Shown here: positions 34,068 through 45,176 of the stretch, one piece after another | Position numbering within the stretch: the first letter of the stretch is position 1 | How the letters are laid out: each line of letters begins with the position of its first letter | DNA from: Burkholderiales bacterium | GTDB lineage: Bacteria; Pseudomonadota; Gammaproteobacteria; Burkholderiales; Burkholderiaceae_C | NCBI GenBank assembly: GCA_011391155.1 | Contig: JAABRA010000331.1 | Location: 43 to 64,042 of the forward strand | Direction: 5' to 3' | Length of the DNA stretch: 64,000 nt | The notes under the pieces: model-generated | The model's input: the letters and a program-made list of their open reading frames with translations, nothing else | Database searches by the model: none | What the model was told of the DNA's origin: nothing | Program-made: the position numbers and the translations under genes

Positions 34068-34894
34068 TCCAGCCAGGTTTTGAGGCGCGCAAACACCGTT
34101 TCGCGATCCACTTCGTTGAAGATTTCGTGGTACATCGATTCGAAATGGTGTGAATCCACGATGTTTCGGGGCGCCGCTTCGGCAAAAGCCCGGCTGCCAG
34201 CGGGGTTGACCAATTTGTCTGCACCGGCGTATAAAAGCAGCGTCGGTGTGCGCCATTGAGGCGCGCAGGCCAGAACGGCCGGGCCGGCTTCAGCGATGAA
34301 GCGTGCCAGCCGTGCGCTGATGCGGTCGTGCACCAGGGGATCCTTGCGGTATTCCTGCACGACTTCTTCGACATGTGACAGATTTCCCGGATCCAGCCCG
34401 TTGCCCACCCGCAGGTTCGGCGCGATGCGCGGCAGCACGCTGACCAGCAGTTTCTGGAAGGGGTTCATGCCGGCATCCAGCGCGGGCGAAGACAAGACCA
34501 ATCCGTCCACCTCGCGCAGGTTCAGCGATACCAGCCGTGCCGCCACCAGCCCGCCCAGGCTGTGGCCCAGCAGGATCAGCGGCAGCCCGGGCGACATGCG
34601 CTGGCGCGTGGCGTCCAGAATGTCAGCCAGGTTGTCCAGCAGATGGCTATCGGTGGGCAAGGCGCCCGGCTTGCCGTCGGAATCGCCGTGGCCATACTGG
34701 TCGTAGCTGCGCACCGCAAAGCCCCATGCATTCAAGCGTTCCGCCACGTGGTTGTAACGGCCCGCATGTTCGCCCAATCCATGCACGATGAGCACCATGC
34801 CCCGCGCCTTGACGCCGTCGGCCAGTGGCCATTCCATCAGCGCCAGGTTGCTGCCATCGTGGGCGGTGAATGAATAGAGTGCGGAATCCGGCAT
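34055..34894 (-). CDS. alpha/beta hydrolase (lysophospholipase / monoacylglycerol lipase-like)
   Basis: Matching stretches are MVLIVHGLGEHAGRYNHVAERL and the nucleophile elbow LLGHSLGG. The C-terminal H lies in MYHEIFNE. Confidence 0.85.
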   Translation of the reverse strand: MPDSALYSFTAHDGSNLALMEWPLADGVKARGMVLIVHGLGEHAGRYNHVAERLNAWGFAVRSYDQYGHGDSDGKPGALPTDSHLLDNLADILDATRQRMSPGLPLILLGHSLGGLVAARLVSLNLREVDGLVLSSPALDAGMNPFQKLLVSVLPRIAPNLRVGNGLDPGNLSHVEEVVQEYRKDPLVHDRISARLARFIAEAGPAVLACAPQWRTPTLLLYAGADKLVNPAGSRAFAEAAPRNIVDSHHFESMYHEIFNEVDRETVFARLKTWLDANF

Positions 34895-34948
34895 CGGTAC
34901 AACTTTTTGGGGTTGGGCAGCAAGGGGCTTGGCAGCGCGGGTCAGCCG

Positions 34949-36451
34949 TCAGGGCATCCGCGCCATGACCTGGGCCACGGCGGCGGTCAGCTTGCGGGCA
35001 TAGGGCACATGCAGGAACTCGTTGGGTCCGTGGGCGTTACTTTTGGGTCCCAGCACCCCGCAGACCATCATTTGTGCCTTGGGAAAGCCTTCGCTGAGCA
35101 TATTCATGAGCGGAATCGTGCCGCCCTGGCCGATATAGCCGCACGAAGCCCCGAAATGCGCCTGACTGGCCGCATTCAGCGCCTGCTCGAACCAGGCCGT
35201 GGACGCCGGTGCGTTCCAGCCTGTGGCGCCGCCGCCGTTCTCAAAGGTGACCCGGGCCTGGTAAGGCGCGTTGTCTTCGAGCAGGGCTTTGAGTTCCTGC
35301 ACCGCTGCCGCCGCGTCAACCAGTGGCGGCAGGCGCAGGCTCAGCTTGAAGGCGGTCCAGGGTCGCAGCACATTGCCGGCGTCCTTCATCGCGGGAAATC
35401 CGTCGGCGCCGGTCACGCTGAGCGTTGGAATCCAGGTGCGGTTCAGCAGCGCCTGCAGCGGGTCGGCGGTGGTGGGCAACGCAAACGCGGTGGAGCCCCC
35501 GCAGTCGTAATGTGCCCATGGGAAGCGCTTGAACAGCTCGTCGCCCAGGATGGTGGCCGTGGCCTGTGCCTGCGCCAGCCGGTCGGCAGGCACCTCGCAG
35601 TGGAAGCTCGCCGGCAGCAGACGGCCGGTGGCGCTGTCTTCCAGGCGGTCCAGCACATGGCGCAGGATGCGAAAACTCGACGGTACCAGTCCCGAGGCGT
35701 CGCCCGAGTGGATGCCTTCGGTGAGGATTTCCACCTTCAGCGTGCCGCTGGCCATGCCGCGCAGGCTGGTGGTGAGCCAGAGCTGGTCGTAGTTGCCGGC
35801 GCCCGAGTCCAGGCAGACCACCAGGCCCACGTCGCCCAGGCGGTTGTTGCCAGGCGCGCGCAGTGCGTCGATATAGGGCAGCAGGTCGTAAGAGCCCGAT
35901 TCCTCGCAGGTCTCGATCAGGCCGACGATGCGCGGGTGCGGCACGTCCTGGCTCTTGAGGGCCTGCACGGCGGCGATGGCCGCATAGACCGCGTAACCGT
36001 CGTCGGCGCCACCGCGCCCAAAAAGCTTGCCGTCCTCGTACTTCGGCGTCCAGGGGCCGAGGTCGTTGCGCCAGCCGTTGAACTCGGGCTGCTTGTCCAG
36101 GTGGCCGTACATCAGCACGGTCTGGCCAGCGTCGGCCCGGGTCGATTCGATCTCGAAAAACAGCACCGGCGTGCGCGGCGTGCCGTCCGGGCGTGTCAGC
36201 CGGACGATCTCCAGCGTCAGGCCAGGCACCTTTTGCGCCAGCACCCAGTCCGCGGCGTCGCGCACCACCGTCTCGATGTAGCCGTGGGCCGCCCAGTCGG
36301 CGTCGAAAGCCGGTGATTTAGCCGGAATGGCGATGTAGTCGGTCAGCCGGCGGACGATGTCGTTGTCCCATTGGGCACTGACCTGGGCCAGAGCCTGATC
36401 GGTATCCAGCAGGGTGGATGGCGGCATTTCACGGTGCAGAGGGGCATTCAT
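34949..36451 (-). CDS. M20-family metallopeptidase (dipeptidase-like)
   Basis: Matching stretches are VLMYGHLDKQP, GRGGADDGYAVYAAIAAV, ETCEESGS and the C-terminal PKSNAHGPNEF. Confidence 0.88.
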   Translation of the reverse strand: MNAPLHREMPPSTLLDTDQALAQVSAQWDNDIVRRLTDYIAIPAKSPAFDADWAAHGYIETVVRDAADWVLAQKVPGLTLEIVRLTRPDGTPRTPVLFFEIESTRADAGQTVLMYGHLDKQPEFNGWRNDLGPWTPKYEDGKLFGRGGADDGYAVYAAIAAVQALKSQDVPHPRIVGLIETCEESGSYDLLPYIDALRAPGNNRLGDVGLVVCLDSGAGNYDQLWLTTSLRGMASGTLKVEILTEGIHSGDASGLVPSSFRILRHVLDRLEDSATGRLLPASFHCEVPADRLAQAQATATILGDELFKRFPWAHYDCGGSTAFALPTTADPLQALLNRTWIPTLSVTGADGFPAMKDAGNVLRPWTAFKLSLRLPPLVDAAAAVQELKALLEDNAPYQARVTFENGGGATGWNAPASTAWFEQALNAASQAHFGASCGYIGQGGTIPLMNMLSEGFPKAQMMVCGVLGPKSNAHGPNEFLHVPYARKLTAAVAQVMARMP

Positions 36452-36567
36452 GGTGCGTGGGGTTCAGGTTGGGGAAGGCGGGCGCCAGTGGCGACACTTT
36501 ACGCGGTATGCCCGCGCCGCGCCAGCGCACCGGGGCCACCGTCGGGAACGGTTGCTGCGCCGGGGTC

Positions 36568-39500
36568 TCAGGTCAGCGTGCCGCGCCGTGCCGCCAGACC
36601 CGCGCCTGCGCGCCGCAGCGCATCGCCGATGGCGGCGGCCCGGACCGGCTTGCTGAGGTAGTCGTCCATGCCGGCGGCCAGGCAGGCCTCCCGGTCGCCT
36701 TCCATGGCGTTGGCGGTCATGGCAATGATCCAGGGGCGGCGGGTGCCGGTGTAGAGCCCGGCCAGGCGGCGGCTGGCCTCCAGGCCGTCCAGCACCGGCA
36801 TCTGCACGTCCATCAAAATCACGTCAACCCCTTCGGCGGGTGGCAGGGCGGCCATGCGATCGAGCACCTGCTGGCCATTGCCCGCAACCTCGATGTCATA
36901 GCCCAGGCCGCTCAGGATCAATGAAGCCACCCGCAGGTTGATGGCGTTGTCCTCGGCCAGCAGGATGCGTAGCGGAATCTGCAGCGCCAGTTGCGGACCT
37001 GGCACCAGCGCTGGGGCCGGCGACACCACGGCGCTGGAAGTTCCGGCCCGGGCCAGCGCCGCAGCGAGCGCGTCGCGCAAAGCCAGGAGCCGGGCCGGCT
37101 TTCTCAGGAGCCTGGCCAGGCCCAGGCCCGGGAGTCCGTCGCTGTCAACGCGTCGCGCGCTCAGCGCCAGAATCGGCAACTGGACCGGGCTCAAGCGTTG
37201 GCGCAGCGCGGTGATCAGCGCAAGGCCATCCATGCCGGGCATTTCCAGATCGATGATGGCGGCATCGAAATGTTCGCCCGCATCCAGCGAGGCCAGCGCG
37301 TCGAGCCCGGACCCTGCCGCGCGCGAGGGCATGCCCCAGCCTGCGGTCTGCATTTCAAGGTTCCGCCGGGCGCTTGCGTTGTCGTCGACCAGCAGCACCC
37401 GCCGACCCTTGAGGTGGGTCGCCGCGGCGTCGAGGCCGGTTTCCGGTGCTGCCGGGGCCATCTGGCAAGGCAGCTCGAACTGAAAGCAGGAGCCCTCCCC
37501 CAGGGTCGAATCGACCCAGATGCGCCCGCCCATCAGCGTGACGAGCCGCCGGCAAATGGCCAGGCCGAGGCCGGTGCCGCCATATTGCCGGGTGGTGGAG
37601 GCATCGACCTGGCTGAACGACTGGAACAGGCGATCGAGGCGGTCCGGCGGAATGCCAATGCCGGTATCGCGCACCGAAGCCTTCAGCAGGGGCTTTCCGC
37701 CCGGCTCCTGGCGCCAGGCCAGCGTCACCACCACCTCGCCCTGGGCTGTGAACTTCACGGCGTTGTGGATCAGGTTGATGAACACCTGGCGCAGGCGGGT
37801 CGGGTCGCCCAGGATGGCTTGCGGGACGTCCTCCTCGATCCAGTACAGCAGCTCCAGGCGTTTGTCGCTGGCCGGATCGCGGGTGAGGTCCAGGGCGCCT
37901 TCCAGGCATTCCCGCAGGTTGACGGGCACCAGCTCCAGGTCCAGCTGGCCGGATTCGAGCCGGGAGAATTCCAGAATGCCATTGATCAGCGCCATCAGCG
38001 TCTCGCCGCCCGTGCGGATGGTCTCCGCAAACTCACGCTGGGTTGCGGTCAGCGGGGTCTCCAGCAGCAGATCGCTCATGCCGATCACGGCGTTCATCGG
38101 GGTGCGGATTTCGTGACTCATGTTGGCCAGGAACTCGGCCTTGGCGCGATTGCCGGCGTCAGCGGCGTCGCGCGCGGCAATGAGCGCCGCCTCAGCCTCC
38201 TTGCGCGCCGTGATGTTGCGCGCAATCCCCAGGAGGCCGGTGCACCGGCCCGCCGCGTCGCGCATCGCCACCTTGATGAGCTCGGAATACTGGATCAGTC
38301 CAGTCTCCCGGTTCACCAGCCGGTCTTCGTAGACGAGCGGCGCGGTCGAGGCCATGGCGGCCCGGTCGGTGCGCAGGTAGTCGTCGCCATAGATGTCGCC
38401 AAACAGTTCGCCCGTCGTGTGGCCGACGATTTCCGACTCGCTCAGCCCGTGCTGCCGCTGGTGCGCGGGGTTGGACAGCAGATACACGCCGTCGGGATCC
38501 TTGAGCCAGATCCGGTCAGGGATGTTGTTGATCAGGGCCCGCAGCATGGCCTGCTGTTGCGACAGGGCTTCCTGCGCCTGCACATAGTCGGTCATGTCCG
38601 TGAAGGTGCGCACCACGCCGCCATCGGGCAAGGGCCGGGTCTTGACTTCCAGCGTCCGGCCGTCGCGGGTCTTGCGCAGATAGGTTTCGGGCCCCTGGAT
38701 CGGCGGCAGGGCGCCGCCGACCGAGACATAGCCGCGGGCCAGCGCATCGACAAAACTGAAGTTGTCGCCAAAGTCCCCGCGTTCGATCTGGTATCGCACC
38801 AGTTCTTCCATGGTGGGCCGGGTCGCCATCAGCGCGGCGGAAAATCCCAGCAGCTCCTGATGGCGGCGGTTCGAGGTGATGGCGCGTCCCTGCGCGTCGA
38901 TCGTGGCGATGCCCTGGCTCATGCTGTCCAGCGTGATCTCCAGGACCCGGCTCTTTTCAGCCAGTTCCTGCTGGGCCCGGAAATAGGCCGTGACATCCGT
39001 ATAGGTGCGCACCGAGCCGCCGTCGGGCAGCGCGCGGCTGCGGATCTCCAGCATGTGGCCTTGTCGCGTCCGGCGCAGGTAGCTGGTCGTCGGTGCATGG
39101 TTGGCGGTGGCCGGGTCACGGGCATGGATCATGCGCGAGAAAAAGGCCCGGGATTCCTCGGACTGCAGGGTTTCCAGATCCTCGCCAAAGTCACCCCGGG
39201 CCAGCTGCCAGAGCACGAGCTCGTGCGCCGTGGGCTGGCTTTCGAGCAAGGCCCGGGGGAGCTCCAGAAGCTCCAGGGCCCGATCGTTGTAGAAGACCGT
39301 GCGCCCCAGGGCATCGAAGCGCATGATGCCCTGCTCAATATGTTTCAAGGTGATGGACAACGACTCTTCGGCCCGCCTGCGGGCCGTGATGTCCTCGACC
39401 GTGCCTTCATAGAACAGGGGACGGCCCTGGGCGTCATGGACCAGCCGGGCGTGCTCGCGCACCCAGATGCGCTCGCGGGTCTTGTAGCGAAAGACTTCCG

Positions 39501-39741
39501 ACACAAAGTCGCTGACCTCGCCCTCGGCCTGCAGCAGGGCCCTGAACGCATCGCGCCGACCGGGCTGCACGTACCACCGGGTGGCAATGTCGTCCACGGC
39601 CGCCAGCATCTCGACTTCGGTGTCAAAGCCATTCATGCGCACCAGCGCAGGATTGGCCCGCAATTGCCGGCCCTGCAGGCTGCTGCGGTAGGCGCCGATC
39701 GGCAGCCAGTCGAAGAGCGTGGAGAAGTCGTTGTGCGGCAT
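36568..39741 (-). CDS. multi-PAS hybrid sensor histidine kinase with two receiver domains
   Basis: The start is MPHNDFSTLFDWLPIGAY. Several PAS-like repeats are followed by the H-box FLANMSHEIRTPMNAVIGMSDLL and an HATPase region (DTGIGIP, GGTGLGLAI). Two REC domains follow (VLLVDDN...DLEMPGMDG and ILLAEDN...MDVQMPVLDG). It begins 41 nt after the glgP stop. Confidence 0.9.
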   Translation of the reverse strand: MPHNDFSTLFDWLPIGAYRSSLQGRQLRANPALVRMNGFDTEVEMLAAVDDIATRWYVQPGRRDAFRALLQAEGEVSDFVSEVFRYKTRERIWVREHARLVHDAQGRPLFYEGTVEDITARRRAEESLSITLKHIEQGIMRFDALGRTVFYNDRALELLELPRALLESQPTAHELVLWQLARGDFGEDLETLQSEESRAFFSRMIHARDPATANHAPTTSYLRRTRQGHMLEIRSRALPDGGSVRTYTDVTAYFRAQQELAEKSRVLEITLDSMSQGIATIDAQGRAITSNRRHQELLGFSAALMATRPTMEELVRYQIERGDFGDNFSFVDALARGYVSVGGALPPIQGPETYLRKTRDGRTLEVKTRPLPDGGVVRTFTDMTDYVQAQEALSQQQAMLRALINNIPDRIWLKDPDGVYLLSNPAHQRQHGLSESEIVGHTTGELFGDIYGDDYLRTDRAAMASTAPLVYEDRLVNRETGLIQYSELIKVAMRDAAGRCTGLLGIARNITARKEAEAALIAARDAADAGNRAKAEFLANMSHEIRTPMNAVIGMSDLLLETPLTATQREFAETIRTGGETLMALINGILEFSRLESGQLDLELVPVNLRECLEGALDLTRDPASDKRLELLYWIEEDVPQAILGDPTRLRQVFINLIHNAVKFTAQGEVVVTLAWRQEPGGKPLLKASVRDTGIGIPPDRLDRLFQSFSQVDASTTRQYGGTGLGLAICRRLVTLMGGRIWVDSTLGEGSCFQFELPCQMAPAAPETGLDAAATHLKGRRVLLVDDNASARRNLEMQTAGWGMPSRAAGSGLDALASLDAGEHFDAAIIDLEMPGMDGLALITALRQRLSPVQLPILALSARRVDSDGLPGLGLARLLRKPARLLALRDALAAALARAGTSSAVVSPAPALVPGPQLALQIPLRILLAEDNAINLRVASLILSGLGYDIEVAGNGQQVLDRMAALPPAEGVDVILMDVQMPVLDGLEASRRLAGLYTGTRRPWIIAMTANAMEGDREACLAAGMDDYLSKPVRAAAIGDALRRAGAGLAARRGTLT

Positions 39742-39782
39742 GGCGGGGCAATCGTCGTGCAGCGTTGCCAATGCCGTGATGC

Positions 39783-42248
39783 TCACGCCGTCGGCGCGTC
39801 GCCGAACAGGGGGTGCACGTTCCAGATACCGCTGGCGTACTCGCGGATGGTGCGGTCGGACGAGAACGCGCCCATCGCGGCGATGTTGAGGATTGCCTGG
39901 CGCGCCCACTCGGACGGGCGCCGGTACAGATCATCCACCCGTTGCTGTGCAGCCACGTAGTCACCGTAGTCCGCCAGCAACTGGTAGTAGTCCGACTCGA
40001 TCAGCGCGCGGGTGACATCCTGGTAGCGCTGGGGCTCCTGGGGCGAGAACGCGCCGTCGGCGATGCGGTCGATCGCCGTTTTCAGCCCGTAGTTGTTCTC
40101 GTAATAGCGGCGCGGCTGATAGCCGTGCGCGCGTAAATCAGCCACCTGTTCGGTGCGATTGCCGAAAATGAAGATGTTGTCCAGTCCCACGTGTTCGGCG
40201 ATCTCGATGTTCGCGCCGTCCCAGGTGCCGATGGTCAGCGCGCCGTTGAGGGCAAACTTCATGTTGCCGGTGCCCGAGGCCTCGGTGCCTGCGGTGGAAA
40301 TCTGCTCTGAAAGATCCGCGGCAGGAATGATCATCTCGGCCAGTGTCACGCGGTAGTTGGGGATGAACACCACCTTCAGCAGGTCGCCGACATGCGGGTC
40401 CGCGTTGACGACCCGCGCCACGTCGTTGATCAGCCGGATGACCTGTTTGGCCATGTGGTACGCCGAGGCCGCCTTGCCCGCGAAGATCACCGTGCGTGGC
40501 ACCCAGTTGCCGCGCGGGTTGGCCAGGATCTGGTGGTAACGCGTGATGACATGCAGCACGTTGAGCAGCTGCCGCTTGTACTCATGCATGCGCTTGACCT
40601 GGACGTCGAACAGGCTCGCGGGGTTCACCCGGATGGCAAGTTCGTCCGCGATGTAGTCGGCCAGCCGGCGCTTGTTCTGCTGCTTGGCCAGGCGGACCGC
40701 GTTGTTGAAGGCCGGTTCGGTGGCCAGATCGCGCAGGCCGGCCAGGTCGTCGAGGTTGCGGCGCCAGCCCCGGCCGATCCGGTCATCGATCAGCTGGGCC
40801 AGCGGCTGGTTGGCCTGCGCCAGCCAGCGCCGCGGCGTGATGCCATTGGTCTTGTTGCAGAAACGTTCGGGGAACACCCGCGCAAAATCGGCAAAGATGG
40901 TTTTGACCATCAATTCGCTGTGCAGCGCCGAGACGCCGTTGATCTTGTGACTGGCCAGCACGCAGAGGTAGGCCATGCGCACGCGCCGGCTGCCGTTCTC
41001 CTCGATCAGGGACACGCGCCTGAGCAACTCGGGTTCCCCGGGGAACAACTCGTGCAGGCGGGCCAGGAAGCGGGCGTTGATGTCATAGATGATGCGCAGG
41101 TGACGCGGCAACAGGCGGCCGACCAGATCCACCGGCCAGGTTTCCAGCGCCTCCTGCATCAGGGTGTGGTTGGTATAGCTGAAGATCCGGCTGCACTGCG
41201 CCCAGGCGGCGTCCCAGTCCATGCGGTGTTCGTCCACCAGCAGCCGCATGAGTTCGGGCACGGCCAGCGCCGGGTGGGTGTCGTTCAGGTGAATGGCGAC
41301 CTTGTCGGCGAGCAGGTCAAGGCTGCCGTGGTCTTTCAGATAGCGGCGCAGCAGGTCCTGCAGCGAGGCGCTGACGAAGAAAAACTCCTGGCGCAGGCGC
41401 AACTCGCGCCCGTGATCGGAGCTGTCGTCCGGATACAGCACGCGCGAGACGTTTTCCGATTCGTTCTTGGCCTCCACTGCGCCCATATAGTCGCCCTTGT
41501 TGAAGGCGGCCAGGTTGATCGCGCTGGTGGCGCGCGCGGACCACAGCCGCAGCGTGGTCACCGAGGTCAGCTCGTAGCCCGGCACACCGCTGTCGTAGGC
41601 CGTGGCGACGACGTCATCGGTGTCCACCCAGTGCACCCTGCCGTTGTCGGTGGTCAGACGGCCGCCGAAGCGCACGGCGAAACTGAACTCGGGGCGCATG
41701 AACTCCCAGGGGTTGCCGTTGACCAGCCAGCCGTCGGGCTCCTCGACTTGCCGACCGTCCACGATGCGCTGGGCGAACATGCCGTAGTCGTAGCGGATGC
41801 CGTAACCCATGCCCGGCAATCCCAGCGTGGCGATGGAGTCCAGGAAACAGGCCGCCAGGCGACCCAGGCCACCGTTGCCCAGACCGGGGTCGGCTTCCAT
41901 CTCCAGCAAGGCATCGAAGTCGGCGCCGAGCTGCGCGCAGGCGGTCCGGGTCTCGTCGTAGATGCCCACGGCCATCAGCGCATTGGTCAGCATGCGTCCC
42001 GTGAGGAACTCCATGGAAAGGTAATAGACCCGTTTGGCGTCCTGATCCTGCGCCTGTTTGATCGACTCGCGCCAACGGTTCATCACGCGGTCGCGTACCG
42101 CATAGAGGATCGCGAACAGCCAGTCGCGCTCGGTGGCCGAGCGCACATCCTTTCCGACCTGGTACACCAGGCGGTTGGAGATGGAGCGGCGCAGCGCTTC
42201 GATCGTATTGGTCGGCTGGTCGAAACTGAAGGGCTGGACGGTGGGCAT
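39783..42248 (-). CDS. glgP: glycogen/maltodextrin phosphorylase
   Basis: The start MPTVQPFSF... is preceded by GGAGAG. Matching stretches are YYLSMEFLTGR, GNGGLGRLAACFLDS and the PLP-site region EASGTGNMKFALNGALTIGTWDGANIE. The upstream 253 codons of the ORF were rejected. Confidence 0.95.
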   Translation of the reverse strand: MPTVQPFSFDQPTNTIEALRRSISNRLVYQVGKDVRSATERDWLFAILYAVRDRVMNRWRESIKQAQDQDAKRVYYLSMEFLTGRMLTNALMAVGIYDETRTACAQLGADFDALLEMEADPGLGNGGLGRLAACFLDSIATLGLPGMGYGIRYDYGMFAQRIVDGRQVEEPDGWLVNGNPWEFMRPEFSFAVRFGGRLTTDNGRVHWVDTDDVVATAYDSGVPGYELTSVTTLRLWSARATSAINLAAFNKGDYMGAVEAKNESENVSRVLYPDDSSDHGRELRLRQEFFFVSASLQDLLRRYLKDHGSLDLLADKVAIHLNDTHPALAVPELMRLLVDEHRMDWDAAWAQCSRIFSYTNHTLMQEALETWPVDLVGRLLPRHLRIIYDINARFLARLHELFPGEPELLRRVSLIEENGSRRVRMAYLCVLASHKINGVSALHSELMVKTIFADFARVFPERFCNKTNGITPRRWLAQANQPLAQLIDDRIGRGWRRNLDDLAGLRDLATEPAFNNAVRLAKQQNKRRLADYIADELAIRVNPASLFDVQVKRMHEYKRQLLNVLHVITRYHQILANPRGNWVPRTVIFAGKAASAYHMAKQVIRLINDVARVVNADPHVGDLLKVVFIPNYRVTLAEMIIPAADLSEQISTAGTEASGTGNMKFALNGALTIGTWDGANIEIAEHVGLDNIFIFGNRTEQVADLRAHGYQPRRYYENNYGLKTAIDRIADGAFSPQEPQRYQDVTRALIESDYYQLLADYGDYVAAQQRVDDLYRRPSEWARQAILNIAAMGAFSSDRTIREYASGIWNVHPLFGDAPTA

Positions 42249-42274
42249 GGGAACTCTCCGGAGGTGCGGGGATG

Positions 42275-43798
42275 TCAAAAGGACTGGCGAGGACCAGGCT
42301 CGACCGATGCACAAGCTGCGCCCGGTGTGGCGGTGATCCGTTGGTACAGGGCGCAGTAGGCCTTTGCGGCAACCTGCCAGTCGAACCGCAGCTGCATGCC
42401 GTGGCCTTGCACGCCGGCCCAGCGTGCCGGCCGCTGATGCAGGGCGAAAGCACGGTGCAGGGCCTGGCGCAGCGCCTCGGTATGGAACGCATGAAACACG
42501 AAACCACTGGCGCTGCCATGCTCCAGCGTCTCCGGCATGCTGTCGACCACGGTGTCGGCCAGCCCACCCACGCCGTGCACCAGCGGCAGGGTGCCGTAGC
42601 GCAGGGCATACAGCTGGGTGAGGCCGCAAGGCTCGAAACGCGAGGGCACCAGCAATACGTCCGAACCCGCGATGATGCGATGCGCCAGGGCTTCGTCGTA
42701 CCCGACGCGCAACACCGCCTGGCCGGGGTGCCGGTTTGCCGCCTCGCGAAGGGCCGCCTCGATGCCCGCGTCGCCGCTGCCCAGGACCACCAGCTGGCCA
42801 CCCCGCGCCACCAGATCGTCCAGCACGGCGGGCACCAGGTGAAAGCCTTTCTGCTCGCTCAGCCGGCTGACGGCGCCGAACACCAGTGCGTCGGGACGAA
42901 GCTCCAGGCCCAGCAAACCCTGCAGCGCCTGCTTTGCGGCGGCCTTGCCCGCCATCCGGTCGATGTCGTAGGGCGTGCCGATCAGCGGGTCGCGGGCCGG
43001 ATTCCACACGGTGTAGTCCACGCCATTCAGGATGCCGCTGAGCTGCTCAGCCCGTTGGCGCAGCACACCATCGAGGCCGCAGCCCTGCTCCGGGGTGGTG
43101 ATCTCCTGCGCGTAGCGCGGGCTCACCGTGGTCAGGGCATCGGCGAACTGCAGCCCCGCCTTCATGAACGACAGGTGGCCGTGGTATTCGTAGCCGTCGA
43201 TGGTGAACAGCGATTCGGGCAGCCCCAGGGGAGCCAGCGCATCCCTGGGGAAAATGCCCTGGTAGGCGAGGTTGTGAATCGTGAAGACGCTGCCCGGCCG
43301 AGGTCCGGCGCCGGCCAGCAACTGGAGGTAGACCGGGGCCAGACCGGCGTGCCAGTCATGCGCATGCAGCACGTCGGGTTGCCAGCGCGGGTCTGCGCCA
43401 AGGCCGATCCGGGCCGCCGCCCAGCCCAGCAGCGCGAAGCGCTCCGCGTTGTCCGGCCAGTCGCGGCCGCTGGCGTCAAGGTAAGGGCCGCCGGGGCGCT
43501 GGTAGAGCGTCGGGGCGTCCAGCAAATACACCGCCTGGCCGGTCGCGCGCACGCGCCCCGACAAGATTTTCGGCGCGGGATGCGGCGCGCGGGCCACCTC
43601 CGGTCCGCCCATGGCGGGCAGGGCCATGGCGTCCCCCTCGATGCGCACGCCCGCGGCGATTGCCGCGAAGGCGGGCAGCAACACCCGCACCTCGCAGCCT
43701 TCGGCCTGCAAGGCTGCCGGCAAGGCGGCACCCACATCGGCCAGCCCACCGGTCTTGAGCAGGGGGTACAGTTCGGTGCAGACGTAGAGAACCTTCAC
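42275..43798 (-). CDS. glgA: glycogen synthase
   Basis: [27 protein letters not shown] carries the KTGGL motif, with HDWHAG also present. The GTG start overlaps the glgC stop (GTGA). Confidence 0.95.
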   Translation of the reverse strand: MKVLYVCTELYPLLKTGGLADVGAALPAALQAEGCEVRVLLPAFAAIAAGVRIEGDAMALPAMGGPEVARAPHPAPKILSGRVRATGQAVYLLDAPTLYQRPGGPYLDASGRDWPDNAERFALLGWAAARIGLGADPRWQPDVLHAHDWHAGLAPVYLQLLAGAGPRPGSVFTIHNLAYQGIFPRDALAPLGLPESLFTIDGYEYHGHLSFMKAGLQFADALTTVSPRYAQEITTPEQGCGLDGVLRQRAEQLSGILNGVDYTVWNPARDPLIGTPYDIDRMAGKAAAKQALQGLLGLELRPDALVFGAVSRLSEQKGFHLVPAVLDDLVARGGQLVVLGSGDAGIEAALREAANRHPGQAVLRVGYDEALAHRIIAGSDVLLVPSRFEPCGLTQLYALRYGTLPLVHGVGGLADTVVDSMPETLEHGSASGFVFHAFHTEALRQALHRAFALHQRPARWAGVQGHGMQLRFDWQVAAKAYCALYQRITATPGAACASVEPGPRQSF

Positions 43799-45102
43799 GC
43801 GCCGGCCTCCCCGGGGGGCTCGTTCGCCGCCAGTTTCTCCAGCATCTCGCGGGTCACAAGCACCACGCCCTGCTCCGTGCGGTAGAAGCGGCGCGCATCT
43901 TCGGCCGCGTCGAAGCCTATCGACAGACCCGGCGGGATCTGGCAGCCCTTGTCGACCACCACCTTGCGCAACCGACAGTCCCGGCCTACGTCAACCTCTG
44001 GCAGCAGCACCGCTTCCTCGACGGTGCAGTAGGAATGCAGCCGGACCTTGGAAAACAGCACCGAGCGACGGGCGAACGCGCCCGAGATGATGCATCCACC
44101 GGACACCAGCGAGTCGACCACCATGCCGCGCCGGCCTTCGTCGTCGAACACGAACTTGGCCGGCGGCAACTGCTCCTGGTGCGTCCAGATCGGCCACTGC
44201 CGGTCGTACATGTCCAGATCCGGCGTGATGCCGGTCAGGTCCAGGTTGGCCGCCCAGTAGGCGTCGATGGTGCCGACGTCACGCCAGTAGGCCGGCGCAT
44301 CGGGAGCGCTCTTGACACACGACAGACCGAACGGATGGGCCACGGCCTCGCCGCGCCCCACGATGGCCGGGATCAGGTCCCGGCCGAAGTCGCGGCTGGA
44401 TCCGTGCGCCGCGGCGTCGGCTTTCAGGGCCTCGTACAGGTAGTCGGCATTGAACAGGTAGATGCCCATGCTGGCCAGCGCCAGATCGGGCCGTCCGGGC
44501 ATGGGCGCGGGGTGAGCGGGCTTTTCGTCAAAGCGCACGATGCGCCTGTGCGCATCGACGGCCATGACACCAAAGGCACTTGCCTCAGCCACCGGCACCT
44601 CGATGCACGCCACCGTGCAGGGGGCGCCCTGCGCCACATGGTCGGCGATCAGGTTGGCGTAGTCCATCTTGTAGATGTGGTCGCCAGCCAGCACCAGGAT
44701 GTACTCGGGCTTTTCCGCGCGCAGGATGTCCAGGTTCTGGAACACCGCGTCGGCGGTGCCCTGGTACCAGGAGGTCTCGTCGATGCGCTGCTGCGCCGGC
44801 AGCAGGTCGATGAACTCGTTGAACTCGCTGCGCAGGAACGACCAGCCGCGCTGAAGGTGGCGCAGCAGGCTGTGCGACTTGTACTGCGTGACCACGCTGA
44901 TGCGGCGCACGCCGGAATTCAGGCAGTTGGACAGCGCGAAGTCGACGATGCGGAACTTGCCGCCGAAATAGACCGCGGGTTTGGCGCGGCGGTCTGTCAG
45001 CGCATGCAGCCGCGAGCCGCGGCCGCCCGCGAGCACCAGGCCAATGGTGCGCCGGGCGAGCTGGTGGGGTTCGTTCGGATTCGGGTTCGGGTTCGGGTGC
45101 AT
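43795..45102 (-). CDS. glgC: glucose-1-phosphate adenylyltransferase
   Basis: The start [60 protein letters not shown] is preceded by AGGAGG. The C-terminal half is a left-handed beta-helix. Confidence 0.95.
   Translation of the reverse strand: MHPNPNPNPNEPHQLARRTIGLVLAGGRGSRLHALTDRRAKPAVYFGGKFRIVDFALSNCLNSGVRRISVVTQYKSHSLLRHLQRGWSFLRSEFNEFIDLLPAQQRIDETSWYQGTADAVFQNLDILRAEKPEYILVLAGDHIYKMDYANLIADHVAQGAPCTVACIEVPVAEASAFGVMAVDAHRRIVRFDEKPAHPAPMPGRPDLALASMGIYLFNADYLYEALKADAAAHGSSRDFGRDLIPAIVGRGEAVAHPFGLSCVKSAPDAPAYWRDVGTIDAYWAANLDLTGITPDLDMYDRQWPIWTHQEQLPPAKFVFDDEGRRGMVVDSLVSGGCIISGAFARRSVLFSKVRLHSYCTVEEAVLLPEVDVGRDCRLRKVVVDKGCQIPPGLSIGFDAAEDARRFYRTEQGVVLVTREMLEKLAANEPPGEAGA
45074..45097. repeat. 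hexanucleotide tandem repeat (TTCGGR x4; CCGAAY on the coding strand) at codons 3-10 of glgC
   Basis: TTCGGA TTCGGG TTCGGG TTCGGG encodes (Pro-Asn)x4, in frame. Confidence 0.9.
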
Positions 45103-45176
45103 GCGGAGCCTCCTGGATCGACGGTTTGCGGGTTGTCGTTGATGGTCTTGCGGGAATCTGGAATCGGCGCTGGATC

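Noticed and set aside
36991-39960. 989-aa plus-strand ORF, the longest in this part of the track
   Set aside because: It is entirely antisense to the multi-PAS hybrid kinase, whose motifs (H-box, G-boxes, two REC domains) are unambiguous. The plus-strand product is Arg/Gly/Ala/Pro-rich with no recognisable motif. It is a typical high-GC shadow ORF.
42249-43007. Upstream extensions of glgP (to 43007), glgC (to 45459), glgX (to 49045), ubiV (to 30725) and the amidohydrolase (to 56997)
   Set aside because: The extensions overlap the well-supported upstream genes in another frame and are Arg/Pro/Gly-rich. Homology-consistent starts with Shine-Dalgarno sequences or coupling overlaps lie downstream.
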